Below, piece after piece: positions 12,940-24,707 of a DNA stretch of 64,000 nt (within the stretch, counting starts at the first letter, position 1; every line of letters starts with the position of its first letter). A program made the translations under genes and the position numbers. Below the pieces are notes generated by a model that was given only the letters and a program-made list of their open reading frames with translations, had not been told where the DNA came from and searched no databases. Origin of the DNA: Podarcis melisellensis (taxonomy: Eukaryota). Location of the stretch: assembly GCA_964234715.1 (NCBI GenBank), contig OZ174291.1. The stretch is one strand, 5' to 3'.

Positions 12940-13291
12940 CTGCAGGCAGGAAAACCGAAGTGAGGAGCCGCATTCCTGTCAACTTTCGCAAAATCTGCAG
13001 CAGAAATTGACGCTCCCTACTTGGGCCTCAACCTGCTCCCTACACCTACCATTTTACCCACAATAAAGGAATGATAATTGGCAGTGGAGTCACACTGATC
13101 ATCTTAGCAAATCCCATGTTGCACAGAGAGTCCTACAACTGCTGTGGAAGTCTCAGGGAACAGCAAGAAGGATAGGAAAGAGGGGAAAGTTGCGAGATAA
13201 GGTTTTGAAATGGGGAGCCAAGGGCACTCCCACTCTGTTCCCCCTCCCTCCCTTCATCCATACTTCCTCTTCAAGCTCCCGAGGCTCTTAC

Positions 13292-13445
13292 CTTCCCCAG
13301 GGGTGGCAAAGCGCTGGGCAGCGGCACTGATGGCTTTCACCCGTTCGGCCTGGACGGAGATGTCGGCCTCCACCAGAGCGTGGATCTGCAGCAGGTCCTC
13401 CACGCCATGCAGGTGTTTCCCGAAGTCCTGAGACTGAAGGCGGCC
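13292..13445 (-). CDS. SPTBN2: coding exon 12 (GRLQSQDFGKHLHGVEDLLQ...FATPGE)
   Basis: cacag|GGC, AAG|GTAAGA, 154 nt. Confidence 0.96.
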
Positions 13446-14116
13446 CTGTGAGGAAAGGCAGCACGGGATGAGGGGGACCTGACGCCTGGCCTCATCTCAA
13501 CCACCCTGCTTGGGGACCCAATAAAAAAGATGAAGGGGGTTCCTAGGCAAAGCTGCCCTTCCCTCTCCCCACTAGGGTCTTCCAGGGCAGGTGAGTCCCT
13601 AAATATGAAGCTCCCTCACTTCTCTTTCTCGGCCAGTAGAAATAAATAATAACCTGTGAATTCATAATATCAGAATTGGAAAGGACCTCAGCAGTCATTG
13701 ACTCCAGGACAATTTATTTTGCTGCCCTGGACAGGGCCCAAAGGCAACACTCCTGTTGGCTTCAGAGGTTTCTGCATCTGGTAGCAATAGGAACCCTGGA
13801 AACTGCTTCACACCAAGTCAGACCCATTGGTCCATCTAGCTATGTGTTGTATACACTGACTGGCAGCAACTCTCCAAGGTTTCAGGCAGGGTTCTCTCCT
13901 AGCCCTACCTGGAGATGCTGGGGGTTGAAGCTGGGATCCTCTGTGTACAGGGCAGGTGGTCTCCCATGGAGCTATGGCCTCATCCCCTATTCAGATGCAA
14001 TCCATAGCACTGGACACGACCTCAAAGGTGGCTTAGTCCAACACATACACCCCTCCAATACAGGAAATGCACTCTCAAGCATCACCCCTCTTGCACACCA
14101 CAGCCTCGCCAGCTAC

Positions 14117-14419
14117 CTTCATCTCTTCCAGCCAATCCATGAGGTAGGCCAAGTCCTGGAACATCTTCTGCAGCTCGAAATGGAGCATCAGGCGCTCCCG
14201 GCGAGCAGCCACCAGCTCGCGCAAGTAGTCCCAGAGCCTCGCCACGTTGTTCTTGCGCGCCAACACCCGCTTGATATCATGGTAGCCCTCCGCCTCCAGC
14301 TCGGCTGCCACCGCATTCACGGCTGCCACACGCTCACTGTATGCCACGATGTCCGTCTCGATGGCTTCATGTTTCCGCACCGCGGCCTCTACCGCCGAAA
14401 TGTCCAAGCCAAAGTTATC
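14117..14419 (-). CDS. SPTBN2: coding exon 11 (DNFGLDISAVEAAVRKHEAIETDI...WLEEMK)
   Basis: tgcag|GAT, AAG|GTAGCT, 303 nt. Confidence 0.96.
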
Positions 14420-14689
14420 CTGCAGATTGCAGAGCAAGAGAGAAAGAATCTCATTCTTCAGGGTTCTGGGGTAAAGTTGTCCGTCCCTCCCACTCTCACA
14501 GATCAGACAGAGAGACAGACACTTCAGGTTCAGAAAAGTGCCACCAAAATGATCAAGGGAATGGAGCGATTCTCCTCAATACATGGCATGGGGAAAGTGA
14601 ATAGAGCAAGTTTTCCCTCTAATTATTATTGTTATTAGTAAATAAAATCAAATACAATACACACTAAAACATCAGACATTTTAAACTTC

Positions 14690-15075
14690 CCTGTACAGGT
14701 CTGCCTTCAGATGTCTTCAGAAAGTCAGAAGATAGTTGTTTATCTCCTTAACATCTGATGGGAGGGCATTCCACATGGCAGGTGCAACTACAAAGAAGGC
14801 CCTCTGCCTGGTTCCCTGTAGCTTCACTTCTCACAGTGAAGGAACTGCCAGAAGGCCCTTAGAGGCCGGGCTGAACAATGGGGTTGGAGACACTCCTTCA
14901 GGTATGCAGAACCAAAGGGCTTTAAAGGTCAACACCAACACTTTGAATTGTGCTCGGAATCTACTGGGAGCCAATGTAAGATCCTTTAGCTGGGTCTAGG
15001 AAGCCGCTCCCAGTCACCAGTCTGGCAGCCATATTCTGGATTAACTGTAGTTTCCAAGTCACCTTCAAAGGTCCC
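14690..15075 (-). mobile_element. L2-clade LINE 3' fragment
   Basis: LKVTWKLQLIQNMAARLVTG motif. Confidence 0.75.
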
Positions 15076-15211
15076 AATGAAGCTGAATGCAGTCCCAAGA
15101 TTCTTTGGGGGACGTCATATGCTTTAAATGTGCATTGGATGTGCTTTAAATGCATGGTGTGGATCTGCCCCTAGACACAACCTAAATGCTCCTCCTCCTC
15201 CTTTCACTGAC

Positions 15212-15370
15212 CTGGGAGACGAGGCGCTGGTTCTCACTCAGCCAGGTCTCACGCATGGCTGCCTTGCGGTCGAAGCGTGCTGCCAGCTGCTCCAGCTTCT
15301 CCTGCCGAATCAGCTCATTGCGCAGCGCCAGCTCTCTCTCATGCTCCGCTTTCTCCAGCCGCTCCCAGCC
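15212..15370 (-). CDS. SPTBN2: coding exon 10 ([17 protein letters not shown]...QRLVSQ)
   Basis: tacag|GGC, CAG|GTCAGT, 159 nt. Confidence 0.96.
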
Positions 15371-16294
15371 CTGTAGAGGAGGAAGGAAATCATGGAGACA
15401 AACATTTCCAAAACAAGTGTTTTAATTTCTTTAAAAGGAGAAGTGATTCAGTTTGCTTTGAAGCTTTGGCTGCAGAATTTTCAAGGCATTCTGCACATGC
15501 TCAGAGGTAATGCCCCCATTATTATTCTAATTATTATTGCAGTGCTCAACTGGAAATGAGTTCATGAGCTGATTCTTGATTAAAATTAAATCCAGATTCC
15601 AGGAAATTGCCCAAATGAATGGACTTGCCTATTAATCATTAATCATTGTTGGCTGACGGCTTCTATTTGGAATCGACAAATACCAGCTGAACCTGGACAT
15701 AACTATTTGTTTGCTTCATCGTATAATGTGTTTCCAGCCTGCATTTCTTTAAAATCAAGGTGGTTCTAGTAGATTGAGACACTGCTCCAAATACAACACA
15801 CATATTTAACATCTGTAGATTGGTAAGCACTAGGCCTCAGCTACCCAGGAACACCAACAAAATATACTCTCAAGTGTGCTTCCTTGGGCAAATGGACAGG
15901 TCCTAAGTACACCACCCTTCCACCCCACAGTTCTGCAGAGCAAGTTCAGCAGTGGAGCCCAGTGTCAATAATCCTGGCAACATGAACAAGTTGCCAGACT
16001 CAGTCTAAGGCAGTGTGCTAAGTTCCAGTGGTGGGGGCACAACTTAGAGCACATGCTATGCATGCAGAATGTCCCAGGCCCAACCCCCGACCAGTCAGCA
16101 CAGGGACCCAGAAAGTTGCCTTGTACCCTAACAGCCCAGTTGGGCCATCAAGTTCAGTAGTATCAGTTGCTCTCTGACCCCCAGTGTTCCACCACCAATC
16201 CCTTGGCTCTGAGCCTTCCTCCTCTAGGGTTTCTCTTGGGGGTTCCCTGGCTGGAGCCTCCCACCTCTTCGTCCAGCCAGTCCATGGCACTCAC

Positions 16295-16412
16295 CTTGTT
16301 GATGTCAGAGATGAGCCTCCCCTCTCGTGGCGTGTAAACCTTTTGGTTATTGGCTCTCATCTTGCTCTGGATGGTGAAAAGCAGAACTTCAAGATTGCCT
16401 TTCTCTGTGAAC
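16295..16412 (-). CDS. SPTBN2: coding exon 9 ([24 protein letters not shown]...SDINK)
   Basis: cccag|GTT, AAG|GTGAGT, 118 nt. Confidence 0.96.
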
Positions 16413-17947
16413 CTGGGAGTAGGATAATGCGTGCAGAGGAGGTGGGCGGAGGGAGAAAGGAGAACAGCAAGCCAGGTTTAGGAGCAAGAATGCACATTTC
16501 AAAACTACTTTGCATGAGGCCCCTTTTTCACTGTTAAGAGCATGCAGGAAATTTCAGGAGACTTTGTAAGTCAGAGAATTCCACTGGAAATTGGAGCAGA
16601 AATTTCAACAATTTATATGGAAATCACACACAAATGGCACTTACTATGATTGTTTTCTTAGTCTGCAAATGTTACATTACACTATTTTCTGCATTGTTTT
16701 TGACGTTTCTCTTCCCCCGAAATTAATCATGCAATCAATTATGTTAGCTTCGGCCTTGGCAAATAGTGAGATGAACAGTGTAGGTTTTAACAGAAGCCGA
16801 ACTGCAACAGAACAGCAACAGCACTGATTGCAGTGAACACGTGATGGAAATCACTGCCTCCCAACATCCCTACAGAAGACGGACACACATTCTTCCAGCA
16901 GCCACAACAATAGTGCATGTTTTCCAGCACTGTGGTGGAGGGGCTATGCAGGGCAAGCAGCTCTGGGACTTTATTTAGAGCTGAAGTGATGCCACCATCT
17001 GCTGGAGCACCACAGTAATTGATGGAACTTCCTTCTTCAGGCAAGTGCCTGGGTCTTTCAAGTTTGTTTGTGATAGTACAGAGCAACAACAGGGAACCTC
17101 CAACCCATGGTCCAATTTAGGCCCACCAGATCACCCCATCTGGCCCATGAGACCATTCTTGGCCAGCCACACATCACCTGTCACTCACCTGATGCCATAG
17201 GGCACTTGATGAGAGACAGGTAAAGCTGGGGTTGCCCAGGAGCAACTGGGAGTTCATGGTTTAAGAGTGCGCCCTGTTCCTTTGCATTTAATTTAAATTT
17301 GGCACCAAATGTAAGGCCCGCAGCTTTAGGGTGAGATCAATTATCTCCTGTGAAATGCAAAGGATTGGCTGGCTTCTGATGTGACCCACTGGTCCCCCAC
17401 CCCTGGCATAGATAAAGGGAGAGAATGAGGAAATATAATCAAGCAGAGGCAGGATATTGTATTTCCCCCCCCCCCCTTTTGATGGCGTTGCTATTTCAGG
17501 CTAGCAGTTGAAAAGGCGGTAACGCTTTTTTGAAAGATTGTTTGCTTTCCTAATTAGAAGCTAAAGGTAGTATTTCACCTGGCTAAAAATCTTTTGTTAA
17601 TGTTCAATGATTTTTACTTCTTCTGTTCTATGACTGCCAGCTAATTCTAACAAATTGGGCACTGTGCTGTAAATTGCAGCTCTTGCGGGATGGAAGCTTG
17701 TGTGTGTGTGTGTGTGTCTGCCTGCACTTTGGGCTCTTCTTGTGGGCATGGCTAGGGTGGCTGCCATGATGAGCTCTTGCACTTCAATCATTAGCCACAG
17801 GAGCCTTTTGCAGCCCCAAGGGCCACCTTCCCTCCTTGGCAGGCTTCCAGGGCCCACATGCCAGTGGAAGGTGGGGCCATGGGTGGAGCAGCAGGTGCGA
17901 CTTCTGCCTTTGTAAAGTTTGCAAAGCCACAGACAAGTCACAGGTTC

Positions 17948-17983
<36 letters not shown>

Positions 17984-18496
17984 CCTTCCCCCATTAAGAC
18001 AAGCAAGTAATATTACCCCAACTCAAGGACATATTGCACCCAGGCAAAATGCACTTGAGAAGGATGCAGGTCAGCAAGGAAGAAGCAATTTGTCAGAGAA
18101 GTTAACTCTTTATCCAAAGAAACAGCATTCAACTCAGCTACACTACCCAGCAAGTCTTGCCCCTATACAGCAGTTGCCAAGACTGACGGCCCCCTGCCTT
18201 CAACCCCCTCTAAGAATCCTCCTCTGCTGGATGTTTCCCAAGCAGTCTCAAACTGCATCGGGAACCTGTAATCTCTGTTCTGCCGTATGCATCATCCTGC
18301 ATGTCCTTGGAGATTGGGGGGGGGGGGGAGATTGTTGCAGTCAGAGAGACAGACTCCTGGGATTCTTCTGCAGCCCCTTGTTTCACACCCCTCCTCTACT
18401 TCAGCCTCTGAGTCTGAACTACACCTTGTCACAGGCTCTCCTTGCTCACTAAATCCCGTTGCCTCTTCAGCATCCAACAACTCCCCCTACCGGGGT

Positions 18497-18671
18497 TCTA
18501 GATTCAGGTAGGTAGCCATGTTGGTTTGACAGTCAAAATTGTCCAGTAGCACTTTAGAGACCAACTAAGTTTGTTCTTGGTATAAGCTGTTGAGTGCATG
18601 CACACTTATACCAAGCTAATAAGCTTATACCAAGAACAAACTTAGTTGGTATCTAAGGTGCTACTGGACAG
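18497..18671. mobile_element. Penelope-like fold-back element, same family as 59051, opposite orientation
   Basis: gtagcactttagagaccaactaagtttgttcttggtat ... ataccaagaacaaacttagttggtatctaaggtgctac. Confidence 0.68.
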
Positions 18672-18850
18672 TTTTTTTTTAATTTTTATATATATTCCCC
18701 CTACTGGGGTGTGACCTGGGAAGAGTTCTGAGAGCCTGGAGGACCACGTCTGTCCCCCTGTGCCTGAGGCTCCCTACATGTGATTTACCATGACCCCACT
18801 GAATATCTTCCTCCTCGCTCACTGCCAGGTCCACAAAGGCCAGAACTTAC

Positions 18851-19038
18851 TTGGGGGGTTTCTCCACAGTGCGGTAGGTGTTGAAGGCCTGCAGCTGGTT
18901 CTGCACTCCACTCAGACAGTTGGCCAGCTTCCGGTCATTCAGTGTCAAGATGGTCTGCTCAATCCATTGCAGAAGGTCAGAGGCCAGCGTCTCGTACTTC
19001 TCTATCAGCTTGTCGGCCTCGATGGCATGGTCCAGGAC
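18851..19038 (-). CDS. SPTBN2: coding exon 8 ([16 protein letters not shown]...VEKPPK), spectrin repeat 1
   Basis: aacag|GTC, CAA|GTAAGT, 188 nt. Confidence 0.96.
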
Positions 19039-19869
19039 CTGTTGCGGGAACCTGCATCACTCAGACACCCTGGGAAGGGGCTGGTGGCCAAAAGACCCGC
19101 ACCCCTTCCTCGAAGCATGTTGGTCTAGACTTGCCTCACCTGCAATGGCTGCCTAATGTGCATCCTGGCCCAATCTGACGTGCTGGCAGTTTTTGGTTAC
19201 GTCACCTCTGGGTGCTACAAGCACCTTTAGGAAACAGTGACTAATGCTGCCTTCTCTTACCCTGCCTTTCTTGAGGGAGAATATGGGCAAGGGTGAATGT
19301 TTGAGCATGCCCAGACCTGGTGCTGTTTGGCTTTCCGATTTGTTTCATTCTTTTTAAATTTTATAATCCACTTTGGGAGTCTTCGGGCCAGATAAATGGG
19401 ATTAAATAATCCAATCTGATCTAAACCAAGCTCTCTTGCAGACCAGCTGATCCAAACAGTCCCAAAATGGATAAAACAATCTAATCTTGCTTATAACTCG
19501 GCTCCTTATATATCTCAGCTGTGGTCCAGTCCTGCCCTGGATAGATGGCAGAGCTGAGTCTAGAGACAGAGCAAACCACATGGCAGGGTAGGGAAGGGAA
19601 CCAGAGATATGGGACTGTGTGTCCCTCTAGATGTTGCTAGACTACACGTCCACCATCCCTGACCATTGGCTGCAGGTCCAACAACATCTGGAAGGACAGA
19701 GAATAGACATTCCTGGTGTAAGATCTGGAGTTGTACTTTTAAAAGCACCCAAAATATCCTTTTAATGTTCTGCATTGTTTGCCACCCACTCACCCCACCC
19801 TGAGAACGAGTTTGGTGAAGACTGAAAGCTTTTTCTGCACTTAAGAATAATAGAATTTTAGAATTGGAA

Positions 19870-20015
19870 GAATAATAGAATATTAGAGTTGGAAGGGAAC
19901 CTGAGGACTATCAAATTCAATCCCCTGCAATGCAGGAATATGAAGCTGTACCGTATAGGTATCGAACCTGCAACCTTGGGGTTATCAGCACCACGCCCTA
20001 ACCAACTGAGCTACC
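19870..20015 (-). mobile_element. tRNA-derived SINE with CR1-like tail
   Basis: reverse strand AGCTCAGTTGGTTAG...GGTTCGATACC A/B boxes. Confidence 0.7.
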
Positions 20016-20161
20016 TCCTGCACACAGGTTGTCCCAGCAAAATATATCACCCATCTCCTCAAATGCCTGCCCTTCTTCCTTCAACCCCGGTGGCATTGGA
20101 ATCCAAGTGCATTTCGGCTCCCAGCGCTCCCCAGCTCCCACCACAGCCCTCTTCATGGTAC

Positions 20162-20274
20162 CTTCCCAATCCGTTTCCCTTCCACGGCTAAGGCTTTCAT
20201 CTTGGAGAAGTAGTGGTAGTAAGTGGCCACATAGGTGATGATGGACTTCTCATCAGGCTGGTCCACATTCACAT
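20162..20274 (-). CDS. SPTBN2: coding exon 7 ([38 protein letters not shown])
   Basis: cctag|ATG, AAG|GTACCA, 113 nt. Confidence 0.96.
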
Positions 20275-20429
20275 CTAGGGAGAAGTGGAAGAATAAAGAG
20301 GAGCAAGAGAAACCGGGCAAAGAACGGCTCTTTTTCCAGATGGTCACCACCATCATTTTAGTTTGTTCAGTGTCACTGGAGGCCCAGGGAGCCTTGGAGG
20401 CTAGAGGTGCCTTTTACAATGGTTGGCTG

Positions 20430-20835
20430 TCATGGCAGCTGCGACTAATTCCTGGACCAGGAAAGCTTGACCGCAGTAGTGCAGACACTGATAACTTCGA
20501 TACTGGATTACTGCAATGTTTTCTCTGTAGGGCTTCCTCTGCGCTTTGCCTGAAAACTAAAGTTAGCGCAGAATGCTACAGTGTTGACAGGCATGATATC
20601 CAGTCAGCATATAACACCACAGCTCAGAAATCTATACTCACTGCTGATTTTTTGCTGGTCCAAGTTCAAGGTGCAACTGTTAGTATATAAAGCCCTTCGG
20701 ACCAATTTACCTTGTATGCACCCACTCATCCACTTTCCTCTGCAAAACTAGCACTTCTACAAGTTCATTTTGCACTAATGAGGAACCAATTTTAGACTGT
20801 GGCAGTTCCTACACTCTGGAACTCCTTGCCCATTG
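20430..20835 (+). mobile_element. degraded L2-clade LINE fragment
   Basis: ctggattactgcaatg (LDYCN) followed by QNA- and YKAL-like motifs. Confidence 0.7.
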
Positions 20836-21097
20836 ACATGTACAAGCTGACATGTGTTTTAAGCTATTTAAACTGCTGGTTTAAATTCCATTTTTACTGT
20901 TTTAAAATCTGCTTTTAATTTTCACTTTTACTGATAACTTTAAGGTAAATTCTTTTTTTTCCTTTTTCTTTTCTTTTTTGCAAACGACTTAGGAGGTTTG
21001 ATTTTTGTGTGTGGTTTTTTAAAGCAAACAAATATGTGGCCAAGCCAACAGAGACAAACAGGAACAGAGATCCAGGTGCCCTCCCTGCTGAGCTCAC

Positions 21098-21213
21098 CTT
21101 CAGGGTCTAAAAGCTTGGTGAGGCCCAGTTCCTTTTCGGCAATGTTGAAGGCATTCTGGAGGTTGTAGTGTGCGTTGCATTTCTTCAGGGTGTCAATGTC
21201 TATCAGGTCTGGC
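21098..21213 (-). CDS. SPTBN2: coding exon 6 ([38 protein letters not shown]), CH2
   Basis: atcag|GCC, AAG|GTGAGC, 116 nt. Confidence 0.96.
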
Positions 21214-21432
21214 CTGATGAAGACACCAAAGTAAGCATAAGAACATAAGAGCAGCCTGACAGATCAGCGATATTTGCTCGCAGAATCACTACTTCATGAC
21301 AAGGCCAGTGGCCCATCTAGTGCAAGACACTGTTCTCACAGTGGCAACTGATAGCCTTACCCTCCCCCAAAGCATACAAGGTGGAGCGAGCTGCTACAAA
21401 GCCATGACAGGCCCCAACCAACCTCCACTGAC

Positions 21433-21513
21433 CTGTGTTTGTGGACAATTGCGTTGAAAGCCAGGCCATCCCTCCAGCTGGTGGTGAAGTTGTGGACATT
21501 CACATTCGGGTAC
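21433..21513 (-). CDS. SPTBN2: coding exon 5 ([27 protein letters not shown]), CH2
   Basis: tacag|GTA, CAG|GTCAGT, 81 nt. Confidence 0.96.
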
Positions 21514-21795
21514 CTGTAAACACACAGCGGGGGGCAGGGAATAGGCTTATTTATTTTGCTTTGCTTTGCATTCTTGAACCCATCCCTCCCTTGAACATTC
21601 GAGACAGGTCACAACAACTGAAATGCATATTTCCACTTCTGGCTTCTTGAAACATCCAAGTGTAGTAATATTAAACCTTCGTTGTGTCACATCTAGCTGA
21701 GCTGGATTTAGCCTCAGAGGCAGCCAGCTCCTAACCTCAAGCCCAAACAGGGAAGGGGAAACCCCTGGCTCACAGTCCCCCACTTATTCCCTTAC

Positions 21796-21887
21796 CCGGC
21801 TGTTTTCATCTGACACCAAAGCAGCAAGGCATCCTTGGCGGATTTCTTCTCCTTGTTATCTTCTGTCTCCACACTGATATCCTGGAT
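21796..21887 (-). CDS. SPTBN2: coding exon 4 ([31 protein letters not shown])
   Basis: tgtag|ATC, CGG|GTAAGG, 92 nt. Confidence 0.96.
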
Positions 21888-21971
21888 CTACAAAAGAAGA
21901 CAGAATAACAATATCTCAGTTCTCCTTTCACTATTGGAGACAGAATGCGTATTGGAGACAGAATGCGTATA

Positions 21972-22207
21972 CAGTGTTATCTCGGGCTACAAACACCTCA
22001 GGTTACAAACACTTCGGGTTACAGACTCCGCTAACCCAGAAGTAGTACCTCAGGTTAAGAACTTTACCTCAGGATGAGAACAGAAATTGCACACCGGCGG
22101 CGCAGCGGGAGGCCCCATTAGCTAAAGTGGCACCTCAGGTTAAGAATAGTTTCAGGTTAAGAACGGACCTCCGGAATGAATTAAGTTTGTAACCAGAGCT
22201 ACCACTG
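21972..22207 (+). mobile_element. pogo/Tigger-like MITE (CAGTGGTACCTC TIR, TA TSD)
   Basis: TA|cagtg...accactg|TA. Confidence 0.85.
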
Positions 22208-23271
22208 TAAATATCATTTGCTGGGAGTCACCAATGGGAAGAGTGTGCTTGTATGTGGGCTTCCCATTAGGGCTTATGATTGGCTACTATGAGAACAGGA
22301 CGTTGGACTAAAAGGGCCTTTGGCCTGATCCACCAGGGCTTTTCCTATGATTAATCAGAGCTGAGGATGAACAGAGCTGCATTTATACATGCTACATATA
22401 TTCAAACTCTGATTTTTTTAAAAATAAAAAATAAAACCTGCCACAAACCAATCCAAATTCTGCACCGAAAGGTAATTCTGCAAACTGTGTGACTTATACA
22501 AATTAAGGAACGCTGTACATGTCTCTTACTCTGCACAGTAGGCCTGAAACGTATGTGCAATTCACTTACAAGATTGCATCCTTGCACGCTTCATAAATAA
22601 ATAAATAAATATGAAGGGAGCAGGAGAGCAAAGGAAAACGGTCAAAAGCCGCTGTGCAAGATCTCACAAGAGACTCCAGAGCAAGGCAAAGGCAAGGCAA
22701 AAGGGCTTTAACAATTCTTTCCACGCTGGGTTTTCCTGCTTCAGGAAGGAAAGCCCTCTGCCTTGCTTACCGTGTTCTGTAAGGTCCTATGAGGCTCTTG
22801 CCACTCAGCAAGCCAGTTTGGACAGACCCCCAGAACATAACCCCTGTATAAGTTTCAGGCCTATTGCAGAATTTGGCTTTTTTGCTAGCTGCTAGACAGA
22901 ACGGGAGAACAAGACTGATGCCCCTTCTGCTGCCTGCCAACTGCTGAAATTATTATTTAGCTGTTTTTCTGCACGCATGCTTCTAAGATAGTATTTGCAG
23001 CCATGAGGGCTAGAAACCTGCTCCCCATCCCCTTTTGAGAGGAAGGTGGAGGAGCTGAAGAAGTGGAATTCTGCATCTCTACTACAACAACCTGCTCTTT
23101 TTCTGCACTTCCATGGAAATGCAGTATATGTATCACTCTAGTTGCAGGGAATGGACAGCAGGAGAGAGGGGTCCTTCTTGAGGCTGGCATTTCGGGGAGC
23201 CAGTCAAGGGGAAATCAAGGCAAGTTCCTTAAGGGGGAGGGAAAGGGGAAAAGGCATGGCTCAGGTTGTAC

Positions 23272-23445
23272 CTGGAAGCGGAGAATGATGGTCCATATGA
23301 GGCCCAGGGTCAATCGGTGGTTGCCATCAACAATATCGTGTGAGCCCATGTTCTCCAGGTGGACGCGCTGCTCCTTTAAGAACTGGAGGGCCTTGTCCAC
23401 GTTCTCCAGGCAGTGTATGCGCATCCGGCCCTTAGTCGGCTTCGG
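23272..23445 (-). CDS. SPTBN2: coding exon 3 ([16 protein letters not shown]...IILRFQ), CH1
   Basis: gttag|CCG, CAG|GTACAA, 174 nt. Confidence 0.97.
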
Positions 23446-24376
23446 CTAACAAAAGCAGGGTGAGAGGAGAAAGAGAGAGAGAGAGAGAGGCCTTAATTTT
23501 AACCAGTAACTCTGCCAGGGGATGAGTGTAGTTTCCATGAGCTGGTGCAGAGTGCTTTTCCTCTGCCACCAAGCACACCTATCATTTCTAATTCCATTTA
23601 CTGTACACCAAACATTTAAAGCAGCACACCATCACTTTAAAAGAGTCGTGGCTTCCCCCGCAGGATTCTGGTAGATGTAGTTTGTTAAAGGTACAGAGAG
23701 TTGCCAGGAGACCCCTATTCCCAGCACAGAGCTACAATTCCCTAAGTTCCCTGGAATGAGGGATTGATTGTTAAACCACTCTGGCAATTGTAGGTCTGTG
23801 AGGAAGGGCTGCCAGAGAACCCAGGAGAGCTGCTGCCAGTCAGTGTGGACAATGCTAAGCTAGAAAGATCACCAGTCAGACTGAGTATTATAAGGCAGCT
23901 TCCTATGTTCCTAAAGTCTTTCCCAGCCCTACCTGGAGATGCCAGGGATGGAGCCAAGGAGCTTTTGCATGCAGCTTTTGCATGCAGAGCAGGTGCTCAG
24001 CCAGTGGTGGTGTCGGAGGTTAGAATGTTGGGCTATGGTTTAGGAGAGTAGGGAACAAATCCATGCTCAGCCACGGAACTCATTTGGTGACCTTGTGACA
24101 ATCATTGCCTCTCATCCTCAACTACATTTCAGGGTTGGTGTGGGGATGAAATGAGGAGAGCCACACACATTGCCTTGAGCTCCCTGGAGCAGAAGGCGGA
24201 ATATAAATGCAGCGGATAAAATAAATAAGGCCAGGGCCACCCAGTCAGTCATAGAGACATGTCTTTCTTTCATGTTCATTAGCTCATGCCAGCTGGGATA
24301 ACTCGTGTCAAGGTTACAGGTTCAATCCCTGTATAGGACAGCTTCGTATTCCTGCATTGAGAGGGTTGGACTAGAT

Positions 24377-24707
24377 CAGGGGTAGGCAAGCTAAGGCCTG
24401 GGGGCTGGATCCGGCCCAGTAGCCTTCTAAATCCGGCCCGTGGACAGTCCGGGAATCAGTATGTTTTTACATGAGTAGAATGTGTCCTTTTATTTAAAAT
24501 GCATCTCTGGGTTATTTGTGGGGCCTGCCTGGTGTTTTTACATGAGTAGAATGTGTCCTTTTATTTAAAATGCATCTCTGAGTTATTTGTGGGGCATAGG
24601 AATTTGTTCATTCCCCCCCCCAAAAAAAATATATATATAGTCCGGCCCACCACAAGGTCTGAGGGACGGTGGATTGGCCAATGGCTGAAAAAGGTTGCTG
24701 ACCCCTG
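24377..24707 (-). mobile_element. non-autonomous hAT MITE (same family as 8675, opposite orientation, internal ~60 bp duplication), inserted into a tRNA SINE
   Basis: perfect 8-bp TSD gactagat (24369, 24708). Confidence 0.9.

Noticed and set aside
12071-12963. 266-aa and 244-aa plus-strand ORFs
   Set aside because: Antisense to the GC-rich 871-nt spectrin exon; expected from codon bias
13676-14638. 320-aa plus-strand ORF
   Set aside because: Antisense shadow of spectrin exon 11 plus SINE sequence; no recognisable domain
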